A DNA stretch of 60,000 nt from Mobula hypostoma (taxonomy: Eukaryota), in NCBI RefSeq assembly GCF_963921235.1, contig NC_086118.1, forward strand, positions 14,820,001 to 14,880,000. Direction: 5' to 3'. The translations under genes and the position numbers were made by a program. The notes under the pieces are model-generated. The model saw only the letters and a program-made list of their open reading frames with translations, ran no database searches and had not been told where the DNA came from. Of the stretch, positions 37,827-52,059 are shown piece by piece; positions within the stretch are counted from its first letter, which is position 1; each line of letters opens with the position of its first letter.

Positions 37827-39786
37827 AACCATCACAGACCTCATCTGCTGTTCATTAAACTAAAGACAGATCTTTTTCACTCTTGAAACTGCTGCTAAGG
37901 GAATAGAAATTACATTGCTGGATGTACTAGTGAATGCTTGAAACCTTCCAGAATACATTGCTGAATGTAAGGTACAAAAACCTGTTAATCATTAAAGTCT
38001 TTTAGTGAAGAATGTTTGGCAATACACAATGCTGGAAATTGTAATATCTGCCATACTTTCCTTTCTGACACCGACTTTTCTCAGCTTGTTCACTTTCCAA
38101 CTCCTGTTCATCCCTACTGCTGTCAACCTTGTTCTTCACCCATCTGGCTTTCTCATATGCTTTTGGTCTTGTTCTTCAATCATAATCCAATTTGGATCGC
38201 TAAACTAACCATAAGGAATGTCATTAGAAATGAGCAAACATGAATACAACTCTATCATGTGTCTGTATCCCTCATACATTGGAATATAAAACACTACACT
38301 TTGTCTTGGATGTGAAAGATTTGTTAAAGAATTTTTAACTATTGTTCTGGACATCAGGATGAACTTGATAATAAACAAGCAGCTGCCAGATGGCATGAAA
38401 TTTATCCTAACCTATTGATTGAAAGAGAAATTCCAAATTTATCTCAAAATATAACAAGTTTTGTTGTCTTAACTGAGCAACCATTTTACAAATATAACTA
38501 CATTAAATTAATATAAAATGCATTAAATTTACATGGTACATTTTATATAGTACAGTATGTTACTCCTGCTGATTTTAATCAGAATATTCTCTTCGTAATG
38601 CAGTGGCAGAAACACCAAGCTGAAACTCTAATTGCAGGTCTGAGCAATTAATGTAAAGCTAAAAGTACCGTATTCCAGCCGCAACAGACTGCTCTTCTTG
38701 TCTGCTCTCCAGAGGGATACTAAAAGATATTTATAGCACAATATCCTAAACAGTATTTTACAAATCATAGGGCACCCAAATTCCTTTACAGCAATAAAAT
38801 ATTTCAGGGACATGTTCTTTGTCCAAAAATAGACATTCCAAAGGATGACTTGTGCACAGCAAGAAAATAATTGGTGACCAGCTATTCCTAGTACCCGGCC
38901 ACTTATTTATCCCTCAACCATCCCTAAAAATATAATGATACAATGGCTATGCACAAATCACAGAGTCATACAGAGATAATGCACAGGGCCTTCAGCCCAC
39001 CATGTCTCTGCTGACCACCAAGCCCATTTTATTTTACAGTCACCCTATTTAATGCACTTCATTTGCCCCACATTACTATCAACTAGCCCTGTAGATTCCC
39101 ACAAACATCTGAGCCAATTTTTCATGGCAAATTAACCCGCAGGTTTTGAGATTTTGGAAGAACTCAGAGGTTATGGGGGGAACAGGACAATGGTAGCACT
39201 GAGACAGTAGCTGTACTTTTGCACTGTTCTGCCATCCTATGCACTCAATGCCTCTTTCATTTCACAATGAATATATTTCCAAAATATTTTACTGCAGTAA
39301 AGTATTTGCAACACCCTGCAATTTGAAAAGGTGATACTTAGGGATTGATGCTTTTTCAACAGGATGGAAAATACCTTGGAAAATTCTCCATTGTGAGAAG
39401 ATAAAAATATGGCAAGAGAAATCCAGCTGAATTGTCCTCAGTTCATTAATTCCAAAATTAAAACAGTTCATTTCAAATTTCAAGTGTATATTAGAAAGTT
39501 TGTTGCTAGTCAGTGCCTGATCTCATGGTTGACCTGAAAAAAAATCGTCCAAGGTGAAAGCCATCAAATAAACTGTGTATATTTCAGAATAAATGTACTA
39601 TACCATCAACACCCTGGGCTGGTCTAATTTGTAACAACGAGCAGATTTACATGACTAATGACTCTTTAACTGGAGCTAAACTGTATAATCTTGGGTTAAG
39701 AAATGGTTTGAGTTTTGTAGAATGTAGAGTATTTATAATTGCTCTGTCTAATTTGGCTTTAAGAGTATAAGACTTCACACACTTAC

Positions 39787-41750
39787 ATAAGAAATATGAG
39801 CAGAAGTAGGCCATCCGGCCCATCGAGCCTGCCCCACCATTCAATGAGATCATGGCTGATCTGTCCGTAAACTCAGCTCCATCTACCTGCCTCTTCCCCA
39901 TAACCCTTAATTACCCTACCATGTAAAAATCTATCTAACTGCATCTTAAATATATTTAGTGAAGAAGCTTCAACTGCTTCCCTGGGCAGAGAATTCCACA
40001 GATTCACCACTCTCTGGGAAAAACAGTTTCTCCTCATCTCCGTCCTAAATCTTCTCCCCTGAATCTTGAGGCAATGTCCCCTAGTTCTAGTCTCACCTAC
40101 CAATGGAAACAACTTTCCTACTTCTATCTTATCTATCCCTTTCAAAATTTTGTAGGTTTCTATAAGATCCCCTCTCATTCTTCTGAATTCCAGAGAGTAT
40201 AGTCCCAGGCGACTCAATTGTTCCTCATAGGTTAACCCCTTCATCCCTGGAATCAACCTGGTGAACCTCCTCTGCACTGCCTCCAAAGCCAGTATATCCT
40301 TCCTCAAGTATGGAGACCAGAACTGCACACAGTACTCCAGGTGCGGCCTCACCAGTACCCTGTATAGTTGCAGCATGACTTCCCTGCTCTTGAATTCAAT
40401 CCCTCTAGCAATGAAGGCCAACATTCCGTTTGCCTTCTTAATAACCTTTTGTACCTGCAAGCCAACTTTTTGCGATTCATGCACAAGCACTCCCAAGTCC
40501 CTCTGCACAACAGCATGCTGCAATCTTTCACCTTTTAAATAATAATCTGCTCTTCTATTATTCCTTCCAAAGTGGATGATCCCGCATTTACCAACATTGT
40601 ATTCCATCTGCCAGACCTTGGCCCACTCACTTAACCTATCTATATCCCTCTGCAGACTCTCCACATCCTCCGTACAATTTGCTTTTCCACTCGGTTTAGT
40701 GTCATCAGCAAATTTTGCTACACTACACTCAGCCCCCTCTTCCAAATCATCAATGTAAATGGTAAACAGCTGCGGGCCCAGCACCGACCCCTGCGGCACC
40801 CCACTCACCACTGACTGCCAACTGGAGAAACACCCATTTATACCAACTGTCTGTCTTCTATTGGTTAACCAATCCACTATCCATGCCAATATACTTCCTC
40901 CGACTCCATGCATCTGTATCTTATTTACAAGTCTCTTGTGCGGCACCTTACTGAACGCCTTCTGGAAATCCAAGTATACGACATCCACCTGTACCCCTCC
41001 ATCAACTGCACTCATTATGTCCTCAAAGAACTCCAGTAAGTTTGTCAAATAGGACCTGCTCCTTTCTGAATCCATGCTGCATCTGTCTAATGGAACCACT
41101 GCTTTCTAAATGTTTCTTTATTTCTTCCTTTCAGGCATTTCAGACAGTTTCAGGCATTTTCCCGGCTACAGATGTTAAGCTAACTGGTCTATAGTTGCCC
41201 GTCTTTTGCCTACATCCTTCTTTAAAAAGTGGCATGACATTTGCTGTCCTCCAATCTTCCAGGACCTACCCAGAGTCTAGAGAATTTTGGTAAATGATTA
41301 CCAGCTTGTCTACTATAACCTCTGCCAATTCCCTCAGCACCCTGAGATGCATCCCATCAGGACCAGGTGACTTATCTACCTTCAGGCCCTCTAGTTTTCT
41401 CATCACTATCTCTTTAGCGACAGTGATTTTATTGAAGTCCTCACCTCCCATTTCGTGATTCTTTGGCATATTAGACATGTTCTCCACTGTGAAGACCGAT
41501 ACAAAATAGTCATTCAATGCCTCAGCCATTTCCTTATCACCCAATATCAAATTCCCCTTCTCGTCTTCCATGGGACCTACATTAACTTTAGCCACCCTCT
41601 TCCTCTTTATATATTTATAAAAACTTTTGCTATCTGTTTTTATAATTTACTTTCATACTCTATCTTTCTTTTCCTTATTTCTTGTTTTGTTGTTCTTTGT
41701 TGCTTTTTAAAGTTTTCCCAGTCCTCCAGCTCCCACTACTCTTGGTGACT
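39787..41750 (-). mobile_element. Young 5'-truncated CR1 LINE with an open RT C-terminal frame
   Basis: ORF 39873-41099: VYLDFQKAFSKVPH, SGVPQGSVLGP, KFADDTK, LVRPHLEYCVQFW. CR1 3' tail ttcttatg. Confidence 0.95.
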
Positions 41751-42149
41751 TTGTCAGTTCCAAGTTATTGATGATTTCTTAGGTATAGCAATGGTAATTA
41801 ACAGAAGTCAGTTCATGCATGTGTGTATTCAAAAGTCACAGGATACATCTTTGCTCTTAGAATCCGCTAATTCAGCAAACTGTAGAACATTTGAATCTCA
41901 GTCAGCTCTTTCCTCTATTTAAGCTTCCTATGCCATTCTTTGACAGATAGATGGTGGCTAAGCTACTGTTCACTATTATTTACCTTTATTTCTTCATCAA
42001 ATTACCTACCAGAAGCTTGTTGATCTTAGCTACGGAAATGTCAGCTGACCCAGCCTGTAAGAGTAAAGAGGGAGGGACAAGAGGCAAAAATGCCATTGCT
42101 TTACCTAACCAACTCCTTTTAACCCCATAACTGAATTTAATGTTTCAGC

Positions 42150-43340
42150 CTTCTGTACCTCTTACCTGATGGCAAAAGCGAGAAAAACCCATGCCCTGGT
42201 GTTGTGATGGAAATGAGACAGATTCTTTGGGTCTCAAGGCAAGGATTCTGGACACACAGTTTTAACAATGAGTTTATTTACAAGGGGATAAGAGCTTGGG
42301 GACAACACAAGCGGCTACAATACTCGCACAAACGTGCTTAGAATAGACGACCGTGGGAGAAGTCGGGTCAGCAGTACAATACAAGGGAAAACATTGTGGG
42401 GACAGAGTACAGGTACATATACAAGCAAGGGAGAAGTAATTACGATACCTGCCACCCCTTGACGATGGGCAGGCACGGCTCTCTGCTACAGGGACAACAA
42501 TAAACACTCCCAAGACCCTATTCAATGCACAGCTCACCACGTGTCTCCAGCACTGTTCTGCAGTCTTCAGCCTGGAGTGAAGCAGGGTGGTCCCTTGAGG
42601 ATGGCAAAAAAGAGAGCAAGCCAAGCACATGTAGCACCCTTTATAGGTCAGAGGGTTGGAGGGTCAACTTAGGTGATTCACCGGGGTGCCAATGGCTTGG
42701 TGCGAGATGGGTTAATCCAATTAAGGTGGCCAATGGTTAAGTGTGCATTGATTAGTTGGGAGGGGTGAAATGCTGACTGGCATGTGGTGTGCCTTCTGAC
42801 CAGGTAGAGGGTAGTGCTGAGCCGTGACAGGCACGACTCTCTAGATACACCTGGGTGCTGGAGGTCCTTAATAATGGACACTGCCTTTCTGAGACACCGC
42901 TCCTTGAAGATGTCCTCGGTTCTTTGTAGGCTAGTACCCAAGATGGAGCTGACTAGATTTATAACCATCTGTGGCTGCTTTTGGTCCTGTGCAGTAGCCT
43001 CCCCATACCAGACGGGGATGCAGCCAATCAGAATGCTCTCTCTGGTATATCTCTAGAAGTTTTTGAGTTATTTAGTTGATGTACCAACTCTCTTCAAACT
43101 CCTAATGAAGTATAGTCGCTGTCTTCCCTTCTTTATAACTGCATCGATATGTTGGGACTAGGTTAGGTTCTCAGAGATCTTGACACCCAGGAACTTGAAG
43201 CTGCTCACTCTCTCCACTTCTGATTCCTCTATGAGGATTGGTATGTGTTCCTCTGTCTTACCCTTTCTGAAGTCCACAATCAGCTCTTTCGTCTTACTGA
43301 CGTTGACTGCCAGGTGTGGCACCACTCCACTAGTTGGCAT
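42150..43340 (-). mobile_element. Rex/Babar-like LINE 3' fragment (hosts a solo LTR)
   Basis: NVSKTKELIVDFRKG...VERVSSFKFLGV; CLRKAVSIIKD. Confidence 0.85.
42200..42849 (-). mobile_element. Solo LTR (650 bp) nested in a Rex-like LINE
   Basis: TG...CA termini and perfect 5-bp TSD CCTGG (42195-42199, 42850-42854). TATAAA (~42640) and AATAAA (~42273) on the minus strand. Confidence 0.88.
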
Positions 43341-45849
43341 ATCTCACTCCTGATCCTGAAGCTGAACCTGATCCTGGTCATTTTGAGTGCGTGTTTTCAG
43401 GCTCCTGTACCTCCACCTTGACAGTAGCAAAGAGAACAAGGCATGTCCTAGGCAATGGGGGTCTTCAATGGTCCATGCCCACCCTTTTGGGGCATCATCA
43501 CCTTTTGAAAGCGACCTGGATGCTGGGGAAGCTAGTGCCCATGATGGATCTGGCAGAGATTTCAGGATAAATTTTATAAAATACATGACTTTTCTTGCAC
43601 ACAAATAACATGCTCATCATTGTTTTCCCAATTTTGGTCTTCATTAAGACAACAGGCAGGAGACTGTAGAAAGAGAAGCTTTACCTCCAGGAAATTTCTC
43701 AGTGAGGGGATAAATTTATATTATGTATTTTTGTTCCAAGGCTGTTCTTATAAGCATTAAAGATAAAAATTAGAATTTGCTTCCAGTGATGGAATGATTT
43801 ATATTTGCAATAAAGTCAACCCTGCTCACTAGATGGCAAAATATTTACTGTGATCAGTGCAATACTCAGTATGTTACAGTGGTAGCTCACAATCACAGTC
43901 AGTGTCTGTAATGACTGTTTCTGTGGTTTTTCTAGTCACTAAACCTGGAATTGATGACTAAGTGTGCTTTGTATCATGCTTATTGAAACGTTTGGCTTTC
44001 CATTTTGCTCACCCCAATCACTCCTCCATTCGAATTAACCAGCATCCCTTCTTCACTTGCAGATACTAGCTCTTGGAGAACTGCAAGATCTTGCACAGCT
44101 TTCCCAGATGTCCATATGCTGAGTAGAGCTCAGTGTCGAAACTTTGTCTAAAATGAAAGGCCTGGTGATCAGGCCCAAAATAGGTATGTGCTAATTTAAA
44201 ATAAAACCAAATAAAATTTCTGCAGAGCAGGGGCCTCGTCCTCAAGAGATCAAGGCCCGTATCATAGGATTTTATAGAAGTGCTGGTTTTCTGAGTCAGT
44301 TCTATTCACACATGTGGATGGAACAGAAACAAAATAACTTGTTCTCTAGTCAGAAGTTTTATTAACGTTTACTGTTTCTGAATGAATTTTTAAGATTCTG
44401 TTTATTTACTTCATGATTTAGCATGGAGTGCCCGTTCCAGCCCATCAAGCCACACTGACCCAGCAACCCCACAGCATTAATTAACCCTAACCGAATCACG
44501 AGACAATTTATAATGACCACTTCACCTATTTGGTCGTTTCTTTAAACTGTGGGAGAAAAGTGGAGCACCTGGAGAAACCCCTCGCACCCTATGGGGAGGA
44601 CATACAGAGACTTCTTATACAGCGGCACTAAAATTGAACTCCGGAGCACTTAAGCAGTAATATTGTGGCACTAACCACTTACACTACCATGGCGACTAAT
44701 GCAGCATTTTCCAATGCACACTCTAGCACAGCGTTAATGCTTCATCGCATATGAATATTTTATAAATAAAGTAATTTTGCAGCCATTAAGTTGTTAGTTG
44801 TTACACACTGAATGTTCCCTTCTGGACTCTAACTTCAGTACACTCTTGAAAAGTAATACTAAATCTTAAAGTATTTACAATAAGTGGAGATTTCTCTTGC
44901 CAATAGTCTGAAGTCCAGGAATTCAATGGGGTGGTCTACAACCTGGCTTCGTGCCTAGATGCTTGTGTTTGATTCAGAACTGCAATGATTCATATGGGAC
45001 AAGGATAAAAACTGTGGTAAATGTCAGATATATCCAATATATCTCAGCAAACATTCAGGACAGCTGCCGGACGTGCTTGAAATATAGTGGATAAAACATG
45101 TAGCATAAACATTGACTACAACTGCAGTGTAGTCAATGCATAATCCATAAAAGTATTCATATTAAAGTTGGTGGATGTTTAACTTTTGACCTCATGAATA
45201 TCCATTTCAATTTGGCAGTAGGTGTTCCCATACTGACTCAATTCTATCTCTCCAAGGTCCACTTACCAACCTTGTATGCCTGCACCAACTAACTATTGGG
45301 ATTGTAGATTTGTCAAACTACACCCTTTCAAGTGCCACTTACTTATTTCACTGTATTAACACCAACACCTTTGATTTCCAAGTATAAGTGCACAGAATAC
45401 AAGTCTTTGAGCAAGGTTCAAAGAAAATACTTCAGACTGTTGCATTTGACACATGAATGCTGAGGGGAAAATTACAGGAGTTTAAAGCTAAAAGATTTTG
45501 ACAGATTAAATGAAAAGTTATTTCCACTAGGAGGAGGTATGATAAGCAGAGGCACCAATCCAGCAGACATTAATGTAAGGCAAAAGAATCAGGGGTGACT
45601 CAAGGAAAAAGTAGATTACAAGTTAACACCAAGAAAAATGATGCTGAAAAGGATTCAGTCAATTGGATATACAATTATGAATAGATATACAATTGTAAAA
45701 TAGAACTAACATTTATATAGGTGCAGAACTGGTTTTAAACTGTGGGGAAAGATGAGGGGAACAGACAACACCAGTGAGATAAGCTGGATAGCCATGTCCA
45801 AAGCTACAATACTTTGTGACTCTATTATACACAGATATGATTCAAACAC

Positions 45850-46230
45850 TTCAAGAACCAAGAATGAATACTTGAAACGCCTGGACAGTGTGGATGCAAA
45901 GAAAATGTTTTCCATTCACAGGAGTATCTAGGATCCAGGGGCAAAGCCTTGGATATAAGGATGCATCTTTAAAACTAAGAATGAGATGGAATTTCATTAG
46001 CAGGAGGGTGGTGAGTCCGTAGAAGTTGTTGCCGCAGAGGACTGTGGAGACCAAGTCATTGTGTGTATTCAAGACAGAGATTGACGGGTTCTTGATTAGT
46101 AAAAGAGTTAACAGTTATGGGGAGGAGGTAGGAAAATGAGTTTGAAAGAAAAATCAGCCATGATTGAATGGCAGAGTAGGCTCAATGGGACTAATGGCCT
46201 AATTCTGTTCCTATATCTTATGTTCTCATA
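45850..46230 (+). mobile_element. CR1 3' end
   Basis: Similar to 27590-27920, with ttatgttc tail. Confidence 0.8.
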
Positions 46231-49200
46231 GTCTAACCAATACTGAGTAATCCATCACCTATGAAGGAGAACTGGGTCAACACCCATTTGGGAAGAGGCC
46301 TAATCACCAGCATTGCTCAGAAAGGTAGGATTGATTTTATACATTGAATTTCATCTCCACTCAAGAGCACAAAGGTGTAGCAGTTCATCGTTGTGTTCTA
46401 CTTCTCGAAAATGGAGTGAAACATACAGTCATTATTATACTGCATCATGGAACACAACAACATCCAGCTGCTACTGGATCATATCATGTTTTCTTCTGAC
46501 TCACCTGCGGAGCACAAGTGACTGCAAGCACTTTGTTATAGCTAACTGGAAATGATATTTTTACTGAGGAAACAATCTGTGACCAGTCAGACTAAGATGA
46601 TTACCTCCCATATCCTTCTAATGCTTAAACAGAATCAGAATCTGGTTTATTATCACCAGCAGGTGACATGAAATTTGTTAACTTAGCAGCAGCAGTTCAA
46701 TGCAATACATAATCTAGCAGAGATCCCACCTCTACATGGTTTGGACCTGCCTCATTGTGACCAGCATATCACATCATCATGGCAAACCTTTTTCTAGTAT
46801 GAACAAGATCCTCTACCGAGTTGTAGTTGAACATATTCAGACTCAGCCAGATGCGATTCTCAAACAGGCCACATACTCGTAGGGGAAAATCAGCCAAATG
46901 ACCTCAGGGGCAGAATTAAAATAATACAATAAATCAACAGAAAGTAATTGCATTCCATGAAGACCATCTGAAATGGCATTCTGAATACCAAAACCAACCA
47001 CTTCTCTGAAAGCATTCTTAGAACCACAATTCCCACTAAATGCCCAAAGGTTCACCAAAATGTATGCTGAAACCAAATGTTTTTAACTATTTCTCATAAA
47101 GTGTTTTGAGGATATTTAGTAATATAGAATTAGAGTCAGTTGCCAGTCTGGTTAAAGATTATCTTTAATTCCTGCCTGTTAGTATAACCCCAGGCCCTCT
47201 GCTGAACATAAATCTTGTGTCTCCATGGTTTGATTCACCAAATCCGATGTTCTGAGAGGAGGGAACTCTCAGAGCAGTTCATTGTCTTCTTGATGCCCTG
47301 CAGATGCATGTTTCCAGCGACCAGCAGCTTAAATTACAGTGACTGTATACAACCTCTCTTGTGAATAAACACTTTTATTATTGTATGCATTGATTTAAAG
47401 TTTTGGTTCTCATGGAAACACAATCAAGAAGCACCAATGACGACTTTGGATTCTGATCAATGTTGGACATGAAAATCCTCAATGCAGCATCCAATGTTTT
47501 TTCCTCTCAATTCCTACATCACTTCATGCATTCCATGTTGAAGAAATGTCAGACTTAATTTAACACTTCCATTTAAAAATCTGAGCCTCTATTCTTATAA
47601 ACTACAGCAACTCAATTACTCTTCACAATCTTTTACACTTCTAAAATATTAGCTGTCAAATACCATTTCATGGCTATAAATTCTGCCAAGTCTTTATTCA
47701 TAACTCCAAGACCAGAGAATAGTCTTTAATTTTTTGATATTCCCTCTTTTACTTGCATGCCTTTTGTAATCCATGATGAGATCTTATTTGGGGTATTATT
47801 CTCTCCAATGGAACAAAGTCAGTGAAAGATACACCAGGAAAGGAAAAAAATGGTAACATACTAACTTGCTTTAAGACACTATAAGATACCTGCAGCTCAA
47901 TAGGATGTGTTTCACAATTCTCCCTCACTTCAGTCACTCAACATCTCCTAAACCAGTGACTTCAACAGCCAAAAAGGATGGACCAGCAGTGCAGGGGAAA
48001 GTTTCTAACTGCATGCTAACCTCCCAGTCACTCATCATCCTAACAGAGAAAATATTGTCATTTCTTCATTGTGCTGAATCAAAATACTGTACCTTCTTAC
48101 TGAAGAACACTGGTAATACCTTCAGCAGAAGACTACCACAGTTCTGAAGGTTATCTCATTGTTATTTCTTCAAAGCTAATTACGAAAAGACAATAAGTGT
48201 TTGCAATTAATGCAAAGCCCTCTGAGCATAAATGAAATTGGAAAAATAAAAAAAAGCACAGAGGAAGTGTGGATTTAAGGTTCAAGGCTATAATTTACTA
48301 TTCATCTCTTTTCAATGTCCCTGCTTGCAGAGTAACACCATCAGCAACACTATTTTAAAAGGGAATATGATTATTGATTACTTCAAACATCTGACTGATA
48401 ACACTTCAGGAATGAAACTTGCAAAGGCCTCTCTCAACATAGTGCATTCATTTCTGCTTACTTACATGAAAGGGACTGGAAATTGACACACAGAATCTAC
48501 ATAAGGCTCTTATCAGTGTAAAATTATTCTAACTTTAAGGTCTTGCCACACTAGATACATCAAACTCCTTCTCCAGAAAACCCCTCATTGGGAGTCTTAC
48601 CACTTCTGTATCTGACTGCTGTAGCTTGCCGAAAGCATTGCCAGAAAATCTTTAGAACCTGTTGCTTGGATGTTAGTGCCTAGTGTTGCAGGCTCTGTCA
48701 ACACCAGCAGGGTTGCTAATTCTGCTCAGTTCTATTTCTGGAGGTTAGAATACATGGCAATGTCCTATTGGTTGCCTGAATGTTGAAAGAAACACCGAGT
48801 AAATCTTCACATTAAGAGATATGGGTTCAGTGTGGAAAACAACAGTGAGGAAAAAGGTCAATCATGCTTTTACTAACACAAAACAGCCAATGTTCACTCA
48901 CTCAAGTTATTATACCAGTGATGTTTTGTGAAATTTTCACAACTTTTACTGCTTTTCATAAAACAGACGGAAAACAAAACATATCTAAACTAAACCTAAC
49001 TCATTTAGTGGCATGCAGCATCAAAGCATAGTTTCTGGGTTGAGACCTGCCTTCCTCCTGAACTAATACACTATACTATGCCATGACACAGACTGCCATG
49101 ATATCTGCCACTTCCCAGTTCATTTGCCTCTCTCCTGTCACCCTCACAATGAGCACTGAAGCAATGCTTCCTTGTATTGAGACCTAGTAGGGTTCATGAT

Positions 49201-49541
49201 GTACTTGGCAGCAGTGCCCTAAAGAGAATGACCACAAACAAAAGTAACAGTTTTTCCACATCATCAACACCTTTAAAGGCAGTAAAAAAGTGCAGAGCCC
49301 TCAGAAGCTCTGAAAAATGTAACCCAAACCTTAAGTACCAATCCAGTAACTCATCGCATGGGTACCAATTGACTTTGACTTGTAATGGTCAAATGTCTGC
49401 ATTAATAGTCCTATACAAGAGCCACATGAAGTCTAAAACTGAGCTAGATTTCAGGTGGCTCCAGATGCAGCTTCATTGAGATCCCACAGCTATTCTACTC
49501 TCACTTCAGCTCATCTCTGATTTCCCTACCTGCACTTCCCC

Positions 49542-50442
49542 TACAATTCTGGTTAATTGGAACAGCCACTTGTTTGGGACAACACTTAGAGACCAAAAGC
49601 TAATCAAGAAAATAGCTATGAATTCCCTTCATAGTTATTTGGGACACTATGATGCTTAATTGGGGGAGGAACTGCTACCAAACAGTTTCAAACTGGTGAT
49701 GGACGCATGTACTTGGGTGGTGAAGCTTTTAAATCGCTTCAGCTGCGTGCACTTGTGTTCAAAAAGCAGTGATTTTTGTCACTGATAGTTGGTGAGAAAT
49801 AAGCAGTAAGACAATTCAGAACTGTTTTGCTCACTACGGTTTCAAGCATTCAGGCTTGCAAATGCCAGAAACGGCTGGGAGTTAAAATGAAACTACTTCA
49901 TTACTTGAACAGTTTAAGAACTACAAAGAATTTGAAGGTATTGACAATCATCTTGATTGTTACAATGGAAGTGAAGATTTGTAGGGTGCAATCGTCAATA
50001 GTATTGTATGAAGGAAGTTCATTATATATTAAGTGTCTACACTGATTTTGTTCATTTACAGTCAAATCAAGAAAACATGGCAGTATACAGGTATACTGGA
50101 TGAAATCCTCCATCAATAACAATTATGAACTAATACTAATAAGTTTTACAGTACTTTAGTAGTATTGACAGTGTTCTAATTTGTTCTGTATTTCATTTAA
50201 ATACATAATTATTCACTTAGAAATGATAGTTTGTATTTTTATACCTTTTTAGCCATAATATTATATAATTATTCTTGCTAAGTGCGTTATTAAATGTTGC
50301 TGCTATAACAAAATAATTTCCCACTTGGTGTCAATAAAATACTATTGTTATTTCCATGAAACTTCAGCTAATTGGGATAGCCGTTTAGCTGGGCCAAAAT
50401 GTGCTGGTCCTGATGTGTCCCAATTAACCAGAATCTAGTGTA
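49542..50442. mobile_element. Non-autonomous Tc1/pogo(Tigger)-type DNA transposon
   Basis: Terminal inverted repeats attctggttaattgg ... cccaattaaccagaatctagtg|ta. Internal sequence shared with 59401-60000. Confidence 0.75.
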
Positions 50443-50639
50443 TTTAACTTGTCACTTTGCCTCTAAACTCACTTCCAAAATCCGATGCCAGAAGAAAGAC
50501 CTAACGCAGAGAGTAGCTTAAGGACATTTGATAGTGGTGAACTGCCACAAGACTATCACAAATGATTGGAGGCCAGAGTACAAGGCCTGAGAATAGATCA
50601 CCACTCAAGGCCCAGTCTCCTGTGCGGATGATTCTCAAA

Positions 50640-51360
50640 TATGGAGCATGAGTTCAACCAGCCATCTGTGTTCATAACATTGGACTTATGGGAGGCCTCT
50701 TGGCTCCTCAAGCTTGCTTTGTTGTTCAATAGGATTAAAGCTGATCTCCTTCTCAATGAAATTTCCTTATGGCTCTCAGTTCTGGTTTTTCTAAAATGTA
50801 CCCACTTCCTCTTTAAATACCCTCAGTGATCCAGCCTCCAAACTCTTCCTGGTAGACAATTCCACAGATACATCATATCGGTAAAAAATGATCCCTAAAC
50901 TTTCAACCTTGAAAGATACCTATACCAAATTATTTCTTCCCACTCATGACAGGGCAACCCTCTTATCCCAGTATATGGCCTAGTAAAACTCTTTTGGACT
51001 GCCTCCAATGACAGTATATTTTTCTTTAATAAAGGGATCAAAACTGTGCATAGTAATGGTGTGGGCTCGCTAATACCCAGCACAATGGTAACAATTCCAT
51101 TTTTCTAAAATACAACCTTCTTGCAATAAAGGCCAATATGTTATTTGCATTCTGACTTACATGCTGCACCTGCTTGCTATTTTTTTTTGTGATTCTTGCA
51201 CAGGAATACTCAGATCTGTCTCCATGTAGATAATAGGCAGCCTTCAGATTGCTCCCACTGAAGTACATGACCCCACACTTCCCCAAATTAACCCCTTTTT
51301 TTAAAACAAGTTCTTGCAAAATAGTTCAAACCATCTCTATCTAGTTGAAGTCCTAATACC
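50640..51360 (-). mobile_element. Decayed CR1 3' fragment
   Basis: ILSLEAVQKSFTR and ANNILAFIARRL peptides. Confidence 0.8.
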
Positions 51361-51724
51361 CTCATCACAATAGATTAAGGTGGGTGAGCAAGCAGAACAG
51401 GCGGCCAGTTCAGACTGTGGGCCAGGTTCAAGGTAACCTAATGTGGTTTGCAAGTTTGAGTGAGCACCAGGGGGCAGAATGCTCCCAAATGAATTGGCAC
51501 TCTGTGGCTTAGTGACTCTATGTCAGAATTGACAGGCTGCATTGTTTCATTTGAAACAATGAACAAGAAGAAATGTGATTTTAATGCAAGGAACTATGAA
51601 GTAATTGTCTTTAGGCATAAAATCAAATGCCTGCACGGTACTTTTCAAATACTGAAAAGGGGATTTAAAATAAAGAGAAGTCATTGAAATGTCAAAAGTA
51701 GATTCAGAAAATAATCAGGGAAGT

Positions 51725-52006
51725 GTTGTGTTAACTCCAAACATTAATCAATAGAAGTCTACTTTGTTTTAGTTTAGTTTGGCGCACATGTCTAAAATGG
51801 AACCATAATTACATATGCTATTCACATACTTTTACATATAACCCATGAAGAAATATGTAAACAAAGAATTCTTAATCTATGTATTTACAATATTACTGAA
51901 ATATTGAATATACAACACTTCTCCCTGCTTAGCTATAAACTCCAACTCCAATTGAGATACAGAATGCATCTCAATTCAAATTTGTAACATATTACTCTCT
52001 AGTCAT

Positions 52007-52059
<53 letters not shown>

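Noticed and set aside
38669..38719. 51-bp possible minus-strand exon
   Set aside because: Weak donor (GTactt) and no recognisable peptide.
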